Shown piece by piece: positions 1 to 12,964 of a stretch of DNA of 64,000 bases. The DNA is taken from the NCBI GenBank assembly GCA_028534125.1, contig CM052817.1, forward strand, positions 67,582,001-67,646,000, in the 5' to 3' direction. The translations under genes and the position numbers were made by a program. Each line of letters begins with the position of its first letter. The first letter of the stretch is position 1. The notes under the pieces are model-generated. The model ran no database searches. It saw nothing but the letters and a program-made list of their open reading frames with translations, and was not told the origin of the DNA. The stretch comes from Lama glama. Its lineage: Eukaryota.

Positions 1-889
1 CTTTAGGGGCCCCAGCAATTAATGCTGCAGCTCTCGGGTCACAGGCATTGGGGTTGGGATGGAGAGCTAAGTAGCACATCCCATACACCCAGACCTCAAA
101 GATTTCTAAAAAGATCTCCCCTGACTTAACCTACATCTGATGTTCAGGGTCCACCACTTTTCTGCTGTTTCTGTATTATTAAGACACAAGGCCTGGACTG
201 TCCTCCTACTTGCAGGACAGTCTCCCATAGAGCATCTCCCTTTCTCTCCTCTGCCCCACCTGTTCCTCTGCCACTTTCAATTCCACTTCCCTCCCAGCCA
301 ACTTCTTCTCATTGTATTCCTCTGAGAAAACTTTCCTTCCCCCCCCCACCCCACCAAGTGTTTCTGCAAACTGAGTCACTATACTACAGCTAATAATGAT
401 GCAATTAGAAAAATGCTCCCTAAGAATAAACTGTGACTCTAAATTTAATAAAACCATACATCAAATCAGTCAAAAATATTTGTAAAGATCATAGTGATAA
501 ACACACAGGGAACAATTAATAAATGATAACTATTCACATTTCATTATTTAAAAATAATTTGATACCATATTAAAAATAAATGATGAAAACAAACTTAAAA
601 CGTGAATGCCAAGTGATGGGTATTGATATTTAATGTTTGGCATAAGGATTTCATACCTAACGACAGTTTAACTGGACAAAAAAAAATCCAGACAGAAAAA
701 TCACTCAGCTTCTATCAGTGTTTTATGATGAAAAGAACCTTAGAAAGAGAGTCAGATGATTTTGTGCGCCTTTACGTAAAGAACTTAGAAATTCTGAGCC
801 TGGTTTGTTCACGAGTAAAATGAGAAACCAGACTTGTTTATTTCAAAGGTCCTATCCATCTCCAAAAATGTCTGACATGACAAAAATTA

Positions 890-1920
890 CTTCAAAGAGT
901 CACCATCCAGCTTACGACTGAGAGTATCACGAATAACACTGAATCTCTGCCACGTGCCCTCAGAGACTATATTCTCCTCCTTCCCACAAGGAGGATCCTC
1001 AATTCTAAACCTTTTCATGAGTGAATCTATGCACTTGTAAGCAATATATTGCTTACTTTTGGGATCTGAACTTTCTAAAATTGTATCATGCTGTCTGCAA
1101 TTTCTAGGTTTTTTTTTTTTTTTACTCATGCTTATGAGACTGATACATTTGGACGTGTACTAACAATGGGATTTTAACATCTATGTTGATGAATGAGATA
1201 GCTCTATATTATTCTATACTTGCTTTGCCTGTTTGGGTACTGAAGCTTGTACTATATATATAAGTATTATATAATATATATATTTTATACAATAGATATT
1301 TATAATTTCACATGTGCTTATATAAAATGAGGTGGGAAGTGTTTGCCATTTTCTAGAAGATTTTCTGTTTACTGGGAATGATCATATCCCTAAATGTTTG
1401 GCAGAAGTCACATAAAAATCAGCTGGACTTGATATTTTTTTGGTAGGAAGACTTTAAAATACTGATTTAATTTCTAGACTAGTTAGGGTTATTTGGTATT
1501 CTTGTTTTTCCAAGTCACTTTTGGTATGTTATATTTTTCTAATAATTTTATCCATTCTACCTAAGTTCTCCTATTCATTATTCACACTGTTCATCTTATT
1601 TCCTTATCATTTTAACTATTCACTGTAACTACAAGTATGTTTCTTTTTGAGTTACTATTTAATGTTTTTTTTGGAAGGCAGCGATGCTCACCACTATACC
1701 ACCAACGCTGCACTACTTGATGTTTTTTTGATCCATTTTGCCAATGGTTACGTATTTTACTAAATTTTTCAACAATTTATTTTAAGCACATGTATTCCAT
1801 TTTTAAATTTATGTCATATTAATCTATGCTGTTATCTTTATTATTTCTATTTTCTCTGGGTTTATTCTATTGACATTTTTTGAACTTATGGTGAAAAAAA
1901 GCTCATTAATAAGTTTTATT
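890..1920 (-). mobile_element. Ancient L1 (L1ME-like) fragments
   Basis: T-rich degraded antisense L1 text, e.g. 'aaatgtttggcagaagtcacataaaaatcagctggacttgatatttt' and 'ggtatgttatatttttctaataattttatccatt'. Interrupted by the tRNA-half retrocopy. Confidence 0.65.
1671..1711 (-). pseudogene. Retrocopy of the 5' half of tRNA-Gly(TCC) (tailless retropseudogene)
   Basis: The reverse complement of 1671-1708 is GCGTTGGTGGTATAGTGGTGAGCATCGCTGCCTTCCAA, matching the first 38 nt of mammalian tRNA-Gly-TCC with one mismatch and stopping just after the anticodon. Flanked by direct repeats actatttaatgttttttt (from 1654) and actacttgatgttttttt (from 1712). Confidence 0.9.
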
Positions 1921-2000
1921 CCAAGTACTTACTGCCATACATTTCCCTCAAAATAGTGGGTAACTCTATTCCAGAAGTGCCGGTGTGTATGTTTTGTATC

Positions 2001-2466
2001 GTGGTGGCCATGGAGGTACACTGCTCATATCTTTTTTCAAAAGGCTGTGCTATGAGAACACAGTTGACTGAGACGGCTGCAGCTGCCACAACTTCTGGTC
2101 CACTGAGCATTCACCGCGGCCAGACTTTCCCAAACTGCTCATAGCCAGTGACCCAGCACAGCAAGGGTACCAGAATGGGGTCTTGTTTGCGGGATATGGG
2201 ACCCCTCCAATGGGCAGTCTTATCTTGGGACTCCCATCAGCTTGGCTGAGGCTTTCTCAGAACTGTGCAACTGTCTAAAGTTCTTCCTCCCTAGTCTTCC
2301 TTCCTCTTTCCACAGACGTCAGCCCTGCATCACAGACTGAAGCCTCCTGAGGCGCACTCCTACCTCTTCCCTCTTTATCCATCAAAAGCATCCCCCCCAC
2401 CAAGTCTCTCTTACACATCTAATTCTGTACTGGTATCTGCTTCTCCAGAGGATTCAAATTGACACA
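2001..2466 (+). mobile_element. ERVL solo LTR, LTR16C-like
   Basis: Starts 'gtggtggccatggaggtacactgctcatatc' and ends 'tctgcttctccagaggattcaaattgacaca', resembling LTR16C termini. A GC-richer block inside an AT-rich L1. Confidence 0.7.
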
Positions 2467-3570
2467 AATATTTTTATTATCTATTCTAAATGTTTCCAAA
2501 TTTCTAGTAAGATTCCCTCCTTGGCTCCCTCACTATTTATGAGCCGCCCCCACCACAGCTTTCATCTCCTGACTTATTATCTTATGACCATACAATGTAT
2601 CCTTTGAAATCTGTAGGATTTTTTTTATGGGGTACTTGAAGAAGAATGGGCATTGTATAGTTACTGAGTGCAGAGTTCTTTATACGTTCACTAAAACTGT
2701 TTATTGATTGTGTTATTCAAATTAAATGGTATCAATATAATGTGAGAGATGTGTAAATCCCCCATTCTAGTAGTGGATTTGTTCATTTCTCCTTTTAGTT
2801 CTGCCAAGTTCTACCTTAAAGTCTGAAATTATTATTCTTATCTATCTTCTTTAGGCTAGTTTTGCCTTCTTTTCCCTCATTTTTCACAGTAAAATATTTG
2901 CTTACCTTTATGTTTTAGGTGTGTCCCTGCAAAATAGCTGGAAATATTAGTATTTTAGCTAGTGAGCTCAACAGTTTGTTCACTTACATTGATTGTGATT
3001 GCTGATACTTTTTTTTTACTTTCTTGTTTTGTATTTTCATCTGTCCTACTTTTTAATGCTACCTTTTTCTTATTTCCTCTTTCTTTTGTATTGATTACAT
3101 TGATTTTTAAAAAATTTCATTACACCATTTGGCTCTATATAGGAGTAATATGTTGTTGGTGGTTATCTTTGAAAATTCACCTTATATTTTAACATTTAAA
3201 ACATCCCTTTGTTATTCCTCCTGCCAAACAACATGAAGATCTTGGGATAATTCAGTTTTAATACTTTAACACTGCTTGCCTCCATTGAAAATTACTTTAT
3301 ATTACTGTTTAGTATTTTAGTTCTCTCTTGCTTTCTATTTAATCTTAACCTCATACATTGAACATGATCACTACTTTTTTATACAATGTGTGTCTGTATC
3401 TGTTGACATGCTCACTAATATCTTTGTTCACTATTATTTATCCCACTTCAGATCTTCTAAGGTCATTTTTCTTTTTTATTATATGCATCAAAGAGAAGTT
3501 TTTTTTTTTTACTTACCTTGATGAGGGTAAGTTTGTAATGAAGTCTCTCTCTCATTACTAGAAAATATAT
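2467..3570 (-). mobile_element. Ancient L1/HAL1 fragment (continuation)
   Basis: Motifs such as 'tgaagaagaatgggcattgtatagttactgagtgcagagttc' and 'gtggatttgttcatttctccttttagttctg' are typical antisense L1M sequence. Confidence 0.6.
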
Positions 3571-3949
3571 TTCTATTGTCCATAAAATCTAAGTATCTTT
3601 TCTAGATTTAAATTTATTGAGGGGGGAAATTCTTGGGGATTTAAAGAATGTTCCTGTGAGTAATCAACGCATTTAAAAGTATGTTCATTTAAAATCTAAG
3701 CTGATTTGCACTGAAAGGCTTTTAGAATAATCTAGCCTGCTATAAGGAAGGCAGCAGTCTATTTCTATTATTTTACCTATAAACATAGTTAAGCTTTCCC
3801 AATATGCAATATATAAATTGACGGATGTACCATCACTCATTGCACAGATTCTAAGGTCTCAAGTGACCTACAGAACACGAGGTCCTGAAGAAAGAGAAGG
3901 ATCTTCCCAACTCAGATAAGAGTTGGTAGGGATGTCTCAATGCATGCAG

Positions 3950-3973
3950 TTTTGTTTGTTTGTTTGTTTGTTT
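3950..3973. repeat. (TTTG)n microsatellite
   Basis: ttttgtttgtttgtttgtttgttt. Confidence 0.85.
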
Positions 3974-4248
3974 AAAATACTGACATATATTTTATAGGCC
4001 ACATGGGTCAATTAAGTAGTTTTATGTATTGTTCCATTGTTACTAGTTCTAATGAAACAGACCTCATGTAAAGCATAAGAACCTTAGAAAAATTCCTGCA
4101 GAAAAATCACAGATTGAAAGTTACACTAAACTGAAACATAGCAAACAAACTGCAGTAGAGAGCTGAGTTCTCCCACACCCAGCATGAGGGCTTTGAAGAA
4201 AGGTTTATTTTTAGAGATATCAGGGAAGATGTTTCTAAAGAAGTGACA

Positions 4249-4394
4249 TTTATTTTATTTTTAAAATTTGTTTTGTTTTCCTGGTCTTTCTTTTGGGGGA
4301 AGTAATTAGGGTTATTTATTTAGGAGGTACTGGGGATTGAACTCAGGACCTCATGCATGCTAAGCATGTGCTCTACCACTGAGCTATACCGCCC
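4249..4394 (-). mobile_element. Camelid tRNA-Ala-derived SINE (Vic-1 type)
   Basis: Reverse complement reads gggcggtatagctcagtggtagagcacatgcttagcatgcatgaggtcctgagttcaatccccagtacctcc, followed by 'ctaattacttcccc' and an A-rich tail. Confidence 0.9.
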
Positions 4395-5019
4395 TGTTCA
4401 GTGTGAGTGCTTTGTTGGCCACTGTACAAGGCAAAAATAATGACAATCTAGTTAGATGTGACAAGACGTCAGCCAAGAATCTTAAAATTATCCAGAGGCT
4501 GATTTGATATATAGAGTAACAAATATCATTGTTAAATATGAAACCAGTCTAATTGATTATTGTGGCTTTAAACCATAAACTAATAATAGATGAGGGTACC
4601 AGACTTAGCAAAATATTTTTTAAAATAAGATTGATTCATCTTTATTTTACCCTTTTAAATTCATTTTGCATTTACTTTATACTATTTTACATCTATAAAT
4701 AAATTAATATGCTTTTATTAGGGATGAGTGTTCAGAAATTTTTCTTAATAAGGACATGTAATTTTAAAAATCGGGAGTACCAGTTTACTACCAAATAAGT
4801 GACTTGAGGGCTTGAGCTATTTAGGATTTATCTTTATTTCCTCCATGGAGGCTAAACTTGAGCTTTGTATGTAGTAGAAAACAAATAACTATTTGTAGAA
4901 TTAATATTCTGTTCCTCTTGCATATTTTAAAGGCTACTCTTTTCCATTAAGTCTATTTTTATACATGGTGGGGATTTTGAGAAGTATTCCCTCTTGGATC
5001 ATCTAATCTATTCCCAGGA

Positions 5020-5400
5020 TGTTGGTAGAATTGATTTTTATTATTCCTAACTTATCCCTGATGGATGAGTGGCAAGTGCTACTTTGAATGTTATTAGTAA
5101 AGGTGAATTCATTATTTCCCTTGACAATCTGCACCGTCGCTTAATTGTTCTCATGGTTAAAAAGTTTTCTTATATTTAACTTAAATTTCCCAGGTGCAGT
5201 TTAAGCTCATTACTTCCTGTTCTGCTCTCACTGACTAATGAGAATTGGTCCCTGTCCTCCTGGTAATATCCCTTAACATATTTTCAGAAGCCATCATGTC
5301 TCCCCTTAGCCTTCTTTTCTCCAGATTGGGAAATTCCCAGCTCTACTAACCTTTTATCACACATAGTATCCTACCTGCATTTCTCATATTTTGCGGTTTT
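5020..5400 (-). mobile_element. L3/CR1 LINE, 3' ORF2 fragment
   Basis: 'aagttttcttatatttaacttaaatttccc...tttaagctcattacttcctgttctg' and 'atcatgtctccccttagccttcttttctccag' are hallmark antisense CR1/L3 sequence. Confidence 0.75.
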
Positions 5401-6431
5401 CTTCTAAAGTATATTAATCTGTCCATAAAGAGAAAAAATGCATTCATAATTTCCTGAAAATGAGAAAAAATAAATATTACCATGTATAACTTACCTCATT
5501 TGATAGAAAGTAAGCATGAAATTCTACTCGGGAAATAGGTTTGCTTAACGTTCATTCTCATTCACAATTTCATAAAAGACTATGTAAGATTATCTTTCTG
5601 TTTCTGCCTTGATTAGAGAAAGATTTCAAGCATCTGAAATTTTATGCAGACTTGTATATATGCACCCATATGCATAAGGTTACATGTGCAAAGTGCATTT
5701 TTCTGGTAAACACATTCATTGCTTTCACAATGGAGCTCTGCCTCCTTCAAAAAGGCAAAATTGAACTAGATTCCAGTCCTGAGACAAACATAAAGTGAAA
5801 AGAAAACTAACTTATCTGTATAATTTTTCTGTTAGTCAATTTTCCTTTCTGAAGATGAAGTAATCTTATAACAATATACTTTAAGTAAATAAAGTAATAT
5901 CTCTGTCTGAGGGTTTTAAAAGAAATTTGAAATCACCATTCACCCACAAACCATAACTTGTCCTTAGCATTATTTTCAGTGTATTTTTATCCCTCTGCAC
6001 ATCCTCACTGGGGCACTGATTCAGAGCATCCTCTTTCTGTCAGTTATAATGTTGGCAGCTACATATCCAGCTGTTCTTAGCCACTCCTAAGTGTGTAATA
6101 CACAGCCCTCACACTTGTGAGTGATCCTTGTAACGAGGCACAAATTCTCCATAAACATTACTCCCAAGTAAGCAAGCAAAGAAGAATTGTACTTCCATGT
6201 ATGCTCTTACACTCTTTCCTCTACAGGAATGACCACAAGGCTCTCCATCCATCTTACAACGTCCCCCATGCATCAGCCTTCGATAACAGAAAGCCCACCA
6301 GCAACATCCAATAGGGAGATAATTCCGGTACGAAGGCAGTTGTCCGCAGTGCAGAGACTGAGCTCACAGGGTCTCATATCCATGAGGATATGTTTACATC
6401 ACCTATGTTTGCAGAAGGAAATAAAGACCTT

Positions 6432-6950
6432 TGTATCAGACATCCATTTTCCTTCTCTTCAGATCCTCTTGGCATCTTGTTCCAGCTCTCCATGTGCTCT
6501 GACCAAATTCACACAGATGCAACCAGATGATGCCCCATCTTCCATCCCTCCCACGTATGCATCTCTGTCTTCCCATCCCAGGGCTGCCTTGCAGGTGGTA
6601 CCACAGGACTCTGTTCAGTTCCCATACCCTGTAAGCACAACTTGCAAGTATGGAGGAGTTATTATGTCATGGGGTAAATTTTACCAATGGCTTACAAGAG
6701 CTAGAGGATAAATTATTTCTCCTTTCTCCCTTCCCTCTCCAGGGATGGGTCAGAGATGCAATTTATAGGCCTCTCCAGGGTGTGGTACAAGAGTCCGTTC
6801 AATACCACAGTCCCATCTTGGCTCTATTTCCTTCTCTAAATTCTTCCTTTTGTTCCTCACTCCTCCGCCCTGGAATTGTCCTCCTTATAAGTTAACTGCA
6901 CGTTAGCCCTTTGCTTTGGCTCTGCTTTCTGGGGGAATCAAGCTAAGACA
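6432..6950 (+). mobile_element. ERVL solo LTR (LTR16/LTR33-like)
   Basis: TG...CA ends. The 3' end 'ggctctgctttctgggggaatcaagctaagaca' is typical of the LTR16/LTR33 families. Confidence 0.65.
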
Positions 6951-7749
6951 CTCTCTTAGCTCTTTTGACCAGTGATACCTGATAGAAGAGCCCAGGTGTT
7001 TCCTATAATCTCCTCATGTAACAGGTATGCAATATAAACCTCTCTTTCAAATCAGAGACAGGGCATCCCCATCCTGACTAGTAAAGACAACATACTGAAC
7101 ATGGTGAAAATATCTATTGACAATTCCACACACATTACTGAGCTTCTAGAATGTCTCACATCGTGTGCTGTAATATGGTTTTCTGTCCACAGCTGAGGGT
7201 TGAGAAATGTCCATATTATAATATGAACTGTTAGCTAACTAATCTTCAGGACTTCTTCCTCCAAATTCTGTCACTATAATCTTTCTAAACAGCAGGTGCA
7301 ATGACTTTTACTGATCTGACAGAAGAGAACCAAGAAAAATAAAAATGTAATTTAATGTCAACTCTGAACCCCAATAATCTTGTTAAGGAGGTAGTTCCCT
7401 TGGAAAGTCTTCAGACCCCAAGTGACAGTAAAAAGAGAATTAATGCAAACAAAGGAATTCTGATGAAAACAAATCCATTAAAAACAAAACCATAGAACAC
7501 AAGCAAAATCAGAGTTCCTCGAAGAGGAGGGACGTAAAGAAGGAAAATCAATTGTTTTTACAAAGAAATGAAAAAATAGAAGTGACGACTAACTCTATTT
7601 TTCTGATTTCTTATAGTGTCGATAAAAAGAGAAAGGTGTTAGGACAAAGGTATTAGACAATTACAGCTGTTTCTAAGTGCTTTTAATGACAATTATGAAT
7701 GTATTGAGTATAGTAAGGAGAAACTGTTTTGACTTATTTATAGTTTTGG

Positions 7750-8070
7750 ATCCAGTGTATAGAGAGCATGTATAAGAGGTGAGAATGGTGATCACTGTGT
7801 AAATGTGGGTAACTGAAGCTTTCAAGGAATAAGCAAGGTTGTCTCCCAGGAAACCAGATTACACGGGTGGTTGTCAAGAGGATTTGCAAGAGCAGCGAGG
7901 TGAGGTTGAGGGCAAGGAGTATGTAGTAGAGAAACAAGAAGATTGATGGTATCTAGTTTGGAATCTAAAAAGAACAGAAGGTATGAAATGGTGGCTTGGA
8001 AGGTAGGGGCACATGAGAAGGACAACCAGAGAGGAGAGAGAACAGAGGTCTGAAGTGCGGTTCTTCTCAA
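7750..8070 (-). mobile_element. L2 LINE ORF2 5' fragment
   Basis: Purine-rich segment whose reverse complement loosely resembles the L2 endonuclease region. Confidence 0.4.
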
Positions 8071-8939
8071 AACTTTTTTTATGCTGCATTCTCCATGTGC
8101 TTAATACAGGGATTAAGCTACCTGAGAGTTGATGCTAGGGAAAAAAATGTGCTTATAGAAAAGATCCTGATGTGGGTCCTTGAAAATACTGTGCATGATC
8201 ATGGGAGATCCTCTTTCATGTAAGTTACCTTTCAGACATTATGAAACCACTTTAAGGAAAGGTAAGAAAGCGTTGTTAACAAAGGTAGGAAAAAAGGTGC
8301 TGCTTCTTCGACTGCTAGGACACCTAGATAGGGTGACCAGGCACCCCGAGTACAAAAGTGAAGAGAGGAAGAGTGAAAAAGAGAGGGAGAGTGACTCCTG
8401 GGGAGAGAAAGTTCCCAGGAGTCAGCATGAGGAGGTGTGCCCATTTACATTGACTGACGTGGAGTATTACGACAAAGGTGCAGGTTCTAAAACTGACATT
8501 GAAGGCTCTGTGTGGCCAGCTCACATACACAGAAACTTAATCAACGGCCCTACAGAAATTCCCAGGTCATACCAGTAACTGTGCCCACAGCCTCCTGAGC
8601 AAAATCCCTGTTTTCTTCTTCATCTCTGATCGCGTAGGAGACAAATTGTTTTCACACATGTTCATTCGGTTCATTAAAATTGAACTTCTAATCTGAAGAA
8701 CACTGACAAGCCTAGTCTTAGGTCACATTTTTTAAAGTGTGTGTTTTTAAATGTATGTTTGTTTTAATGCAAATTCTGAATATTTCACATGAAGAAGTCA
8801 CATCTATTGGAGTCAGGGTCCATATCCAACCACCTGGGAAAACGCACGTATGCACGACTGAGATAAAATGGGGAAAAGACAGCTCCGACACTTTAGTCTA
8901 ACAATGTTACTTAAATTTCTCACTTTAGACTTGTGAGAG

Positions 8940-9620
8940 TTTTGTAAAATCAACTTTATTTAGGTATAGTTTAAATACAATAATGTGAACCAACTGTAAG
9001 CATACATGTTGGTAAATTCTGACAAGTATATACACTAAAATAACCCCCAAAACAATATATTTTTATTGCCTCAAAAAATTTCCCCAGTACTCTTTGCAGT
9101 CATGTCCCTGTCCCCAACTGGGTACAATCATTGATTTGCTTTCTGTTACAAAAGGCTATGTTTGTTTGTTTCATGAAATGAAATCATAAAGTATGTATTA
9201 TTTTGGATTGGCTTCGTGACTCAGCATAATGTTTTTGAGCCTTATCCATGGCATTGAGTATACTAGCATTTCATTCCTTTCTTATTGCTAAATAGTGTAA
9301 ATAGTTGCAGTATAATACATACTAATAGTATAAAAGAATATTCCATTATATGGATTTAACACAACTGACCAATGACCCACTGATATTCATGTGGGTTCTG
9401 TCTAGTTTGGGGCTGCAATAGAAAAAGCTGCTAAGAACATTAGTGTTTAGTTCTTTGTATGGACCTAAATTTTCATTTCTCTTTGGTGAATTTCTACCAT
9501 TTGTCAAAGCAGTTGTAAAATACTAGACACACACAAGCAATGTGTGCATCGCATCCTCAGCAAACCTCGACAGGTCAGTCTTGTTAATTTCAGCTGTGAA
9601 AAGATTGTGGTAACTTGTTA
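8940..9620 (-). mobile_element. L1ME/L1MB 3' end
   Basis: 'caactttatttaggtatagtttaaatacaataatgtg', 'gaaatcataaagtatgtatta' and 'tattccattatatggattta' are antisense L1 3' UTR motifs. Confidence 0.8.
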
Positions 9621-9623
9621 TTG

Positions 9624-10514
9624 TTTTTAACATTTTTTATTGATTTATAATCATTTTACAATGTTGTGTCAAATTCCAGTGTAGGGCACAATTTTTCAGT
9701 TATACATGAACCTATATATATATATTCATTGCCACATTTTTTTCCTCTGTGAGCTACCATAAGATCTTGTATATATTTCCCTGTGCTATACNNNNNNNNN
9801 NNNNNNNNNNNNNNNNNNNNNNNNNNNNNNNNNNNNNNNNNNNNNNNNNNNNNNNNNNNNNNNNNNNNNNNNNNNNNNNNNNNNNNNNNNNNNNNNNNNN
9901 NNNNNNNNNNNNNNNNNNNNNNNNNNNNNNNNNNNNNNNNNNNNNNNNNNNNNNNNNNNNNNNNNNNNNNNNNNNNNNNNNNNNNNNNNNNNNNNNNNNN
10001 NNNNNNNNNNNNNNNNNNNNNNNNNNNNNNNNNNNNNNNNNNNNNNNNNNNNNNNNNNNNNNNNNNNNNNNNNNNNNNNNNNNNNNNNNNNNNNNNNNNN
10101 NNNNNNNNNNNNNNNNNNNNNNNNNNNNNNNNNNNNNNNNNNNNNNNNNNNNNNNNNNNNNNNNNNNNNNNNNNNNNNNNNNNNNNNNNNNNNNNNNNNN
10201 NNNNNNNNNNNNNNNNNNNNNNNNNNNNNNNNNNNNNNNNNNNNNNNNNNNNNNNNNNNNNNNNNNNNNNNNNNNNNNNNNNNNNNNNNNNATACTGTTT
10301 TCTACAGTGGCTGCACCAAACTGCATTCCCACCAGCAGTGCAGGAGGGTTCCCCTTTCTCCACAGCCTCTCCAGCATTTGTCATTTGTGGATTTTTGAAT
10401 GATGGCCATTCTGACTGGTTTGAGGTGATACCTCATTGTAGTTTTGATTTGCATTTCTCTGATAGTGATATTGAGCATTTTTTCATGTGCCTATTGATCA
10501 TTTGTATGTCTTCC
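9624..10514 (-). mobile_element. Young lineage-specific L1, 5'-truncated, spanning the assembly gap
   Basis: 3' UTR 'aacattttttattgatttataatcattttacaatgttgtgtcaaattccagtg' closely matches the copy at 46771. Right of the gap is the ORF2 C-terminus (frames give '[17 protein letters not shown]' and 'WCSHC'). Confidence 0.9.
9792..10291. other. Assembly gap (500 N)
   Basis: Run of N; the flanks are colinear parts of one L1. Confidence 1.
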
Positions 10515-10589
10515 TAATTTATTAATTTTTCTTTCTGTTTCACTCCTTGTTTCACCTAAGAAATCTTTGCAATTCTCCAAGGTCAATAC

Positions 10590-10935
10590 CACACCTAATC
10601 AAGTTCAGATGAGGTCACTAGGGAGGGCCCTAACTCAATATGATTACTGTTCTTATAAGAGGGACATTTTGACTGAGACACATGGAGAGAATACCATGTG
10701 ACAACAGAGGCAGAAATTGAAGTACTGCAGCTGAAAGCCAAGGGATGCCTGAAGCTACAAGAAGCTGAAAGAGTCAGGTAAGGATCCTTCCCTATATATT
10801 TTGGAGAGAGCATGGCCCTGTCATAATTCTGATTTTAGATTTCTAGCCTCCATAACTCTGAGAGAATACATTTCTATTGTTTGAAACTAACAAGTTTGTG
10901 GTACTTTGTTAGCACAGGTTTAGGAAATTAATACA
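10590..10935 (+). mobile_element. MaLR solo LTR (MLT1B/C-like), 5'-truncated
   Basis: 'gatgaggtcactagggagggccctaactcaatatgattactgttcttataagaggg' and end 'tgtggtactttgttagcacaggtttaggaaattaataca'. Confidence 0.85.
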
Positions 10936-10949
10936 ATGTCTCTGTGTGA

Positions 10950-11285
10950 TTTTGGAGCCAGAGTAATTCTTGCCTCAATAAAATGATGAGGGAAGTGTAC
11001 CCTTTTGTATAGAAATACCATCAGTTCTTCATAACGTCTTCCAGATGCGACAACTGCTAGTTAAGCCATCTGGGTCTGGAGGATGTTGGTGTGGGAAGAC
11101 AATTACAAATTTTTCAAGTGATAGAGAACTATTTGGAATTTCAATTTCATCTTGAGTCAGTTTTGATAGTTTGTGTCTTTCATGGAGTTTGTCTGCTTTG
11201 TCTAGGTTTTCAAATTTATTGTCATAACATTATTTGTAATATTTTCTTATTATACTTTTAATATCTGTAGAATATTTGGGATGCT
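10950..11285 (-). mobile_element. Old L1 ORF2 fragment
   Basis: 'gtaattcttgcctcaataaaatga', 'gttaagccatctgggtctggag' and 'gtcagttttgatagtttgtgtctttc'. Confidence 0.7.
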
Positions 11286-12340
11286 TATAAAACACAGAGT
11301 GGTGTAGCAAGGACTGTGCTTACTTTTTGGTGAAAGACGATGCACAATAAAGCAAATTGTCTGTTTTTTTTTTTTTCAGTAGATATCACTGTACCCTAAC
11401 CACTGGACCCTTTAAATTTTCACCAAAGAAGCAGGTCTCTGAAATAACACAGAATTTCTTTGCCAATCTCTGGTGCACATGTATCTTTCCAAGGTTTCCA
11501 GTTCACTAGCCAAATCTTATTCATCTTATCTCATTGACATGATGCCATAAATTTAATGGATCTGTATGAAGACTGGTGGGGAACAAACAGTTCAGATTTC
11601 ATCAAACTATAATATAATATACAGAACAGTGTTAAAACAGCCTAAAGGCAAAACTGAAAATGAAAACTGGCAGGTACCCTACATTAATGCAAACTGTTTT
11701 AGATCTACTTTTTAACTTAGAATGAAAATTAACAAATTTGCCAAATGAGTGGCTACATAACATGTACCCAGAGCCCTACTAATCTCCTCCAGCAAAACAA
11801 AACATGTAGAAGACCAGATGTTACAGGGGCCACTGGCTGAGATTGGTCTAAACTATAGTCGTTTGACAGGATAATCCAGTTTCTGCAGGGACAAGAATAG
11901 AAAATTTAACAGATATACGATAGAGACCCCTACTCCTGGTCTTTGGGTCTTTAATGGTCTCACTAATCTCTATCATCCCCTCAAAATGTTATATTATTTT
12001 TTTATTTGCAATCTTAACTGGGTAATTGGGAGAGGAACAACAAAGATATTTCAGAAGTTCCTGCTTGGCATTTCCCACTAAGAGTCCGCAGACAATGTGA
12101 GGGTTGCTCTAACTGCCAAGTACATCAATCTTCCATTGATTGACAGAGAAAATGACTACTGGATGAATCTGGGGATCCAAGGTGCCTACCATGAGCCAAT
12201 TTTACACAAGACTCCATTTATTATCTGGACTCTGAAACTTCTATTCTTAGAGCAAAATAATAATGATTCTCTGAGTTTCCAGATCAACATCAACTCAGAC
12301 CTTTGGCTGTCCAAAGGTCCTCAAAAGCCTGGGTCTTCCC

Positions 12341-12964
12341 TTGTGGTCAGCAGAACAGACCTACAAAGACACCCATACCCTAATCCTTAGAACCTATGAG
12401 TAGATTTTATTACAGGACCAAAGGGACTTTGCAGATGTAATTAAGGTTACAGACTTTAGGTTAAGAAGATTAGCCTGGTTTATCCAGGTGGGCTCAGTCT
12501 AATCATATGAGCCCTTAAAAGCAGAGAACTTTCTCCAGCTGGAGTCAAAGAGACCATAAGAAGCAAGGAAGATTAAGTGTGAGAAGAATGCGGCGCATTG
12601 TTACTGGTTCGAGGATAGGGGGGCCAACAGGATGACGAAGGAATGTTGCCTGAAAGAGCTGAGAGAGTCTCCTGTCGGACAGCCATCAAGAAAATAGGAA
12701 CCTCAGCATTACGACCATAAGGAAATGAATGCCATTGACATCCTAGTGACCGTGGAAACATACTCTTTCGCAGAAAGAAACCTCCATCAAGGAATGCAAT
12801 ACTACCAACCCCTTGATTCTGGTTTGGTGAGACCTTACACTGAGTTAGCTGAGCCACACTGTATTGAACTTCTGATCTACAGAACTGTGAAATAATAGAT
12901 TAGTGTCATTTTAAACTGCTAAATTTGACGTGGTATGTTATGGTAGCAAAAGAAAACAAATCCA
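12341..12964 (+). mobile_element. MaLR solo LTR (MLT1E-like)
   Basis: 'agggactttgcagatgtaattaaggttac', 'gagcccttaaaagcagagaactttctccagctgg' and end 'tgttatggtagcaaaagaaaacaaatcca'. Confidence 0.85.

Noticed and set aside
887..1129. 80-aa minus-strand ORF (MSKKKKKPRN…)
   Set aside because: Lies in degraded L1 3' sequence; the poly-K comes from a T run and the peptide is not recognisable.
6187..6711. 174-aa ORF
   Set aside because: Runs into an ERVL LTR; no domain or exon structure recognised.
8180..8578. 132-aa ORF and a MER96-like TIR (tagggtgacca, ~8329)
   Set aside because: No recognisable protein; no partner TIR or TSD found.
9656..10517. Long ORFs of 207-244 aa
   Set aside because: Artefacts of translating through the 500-N gap.
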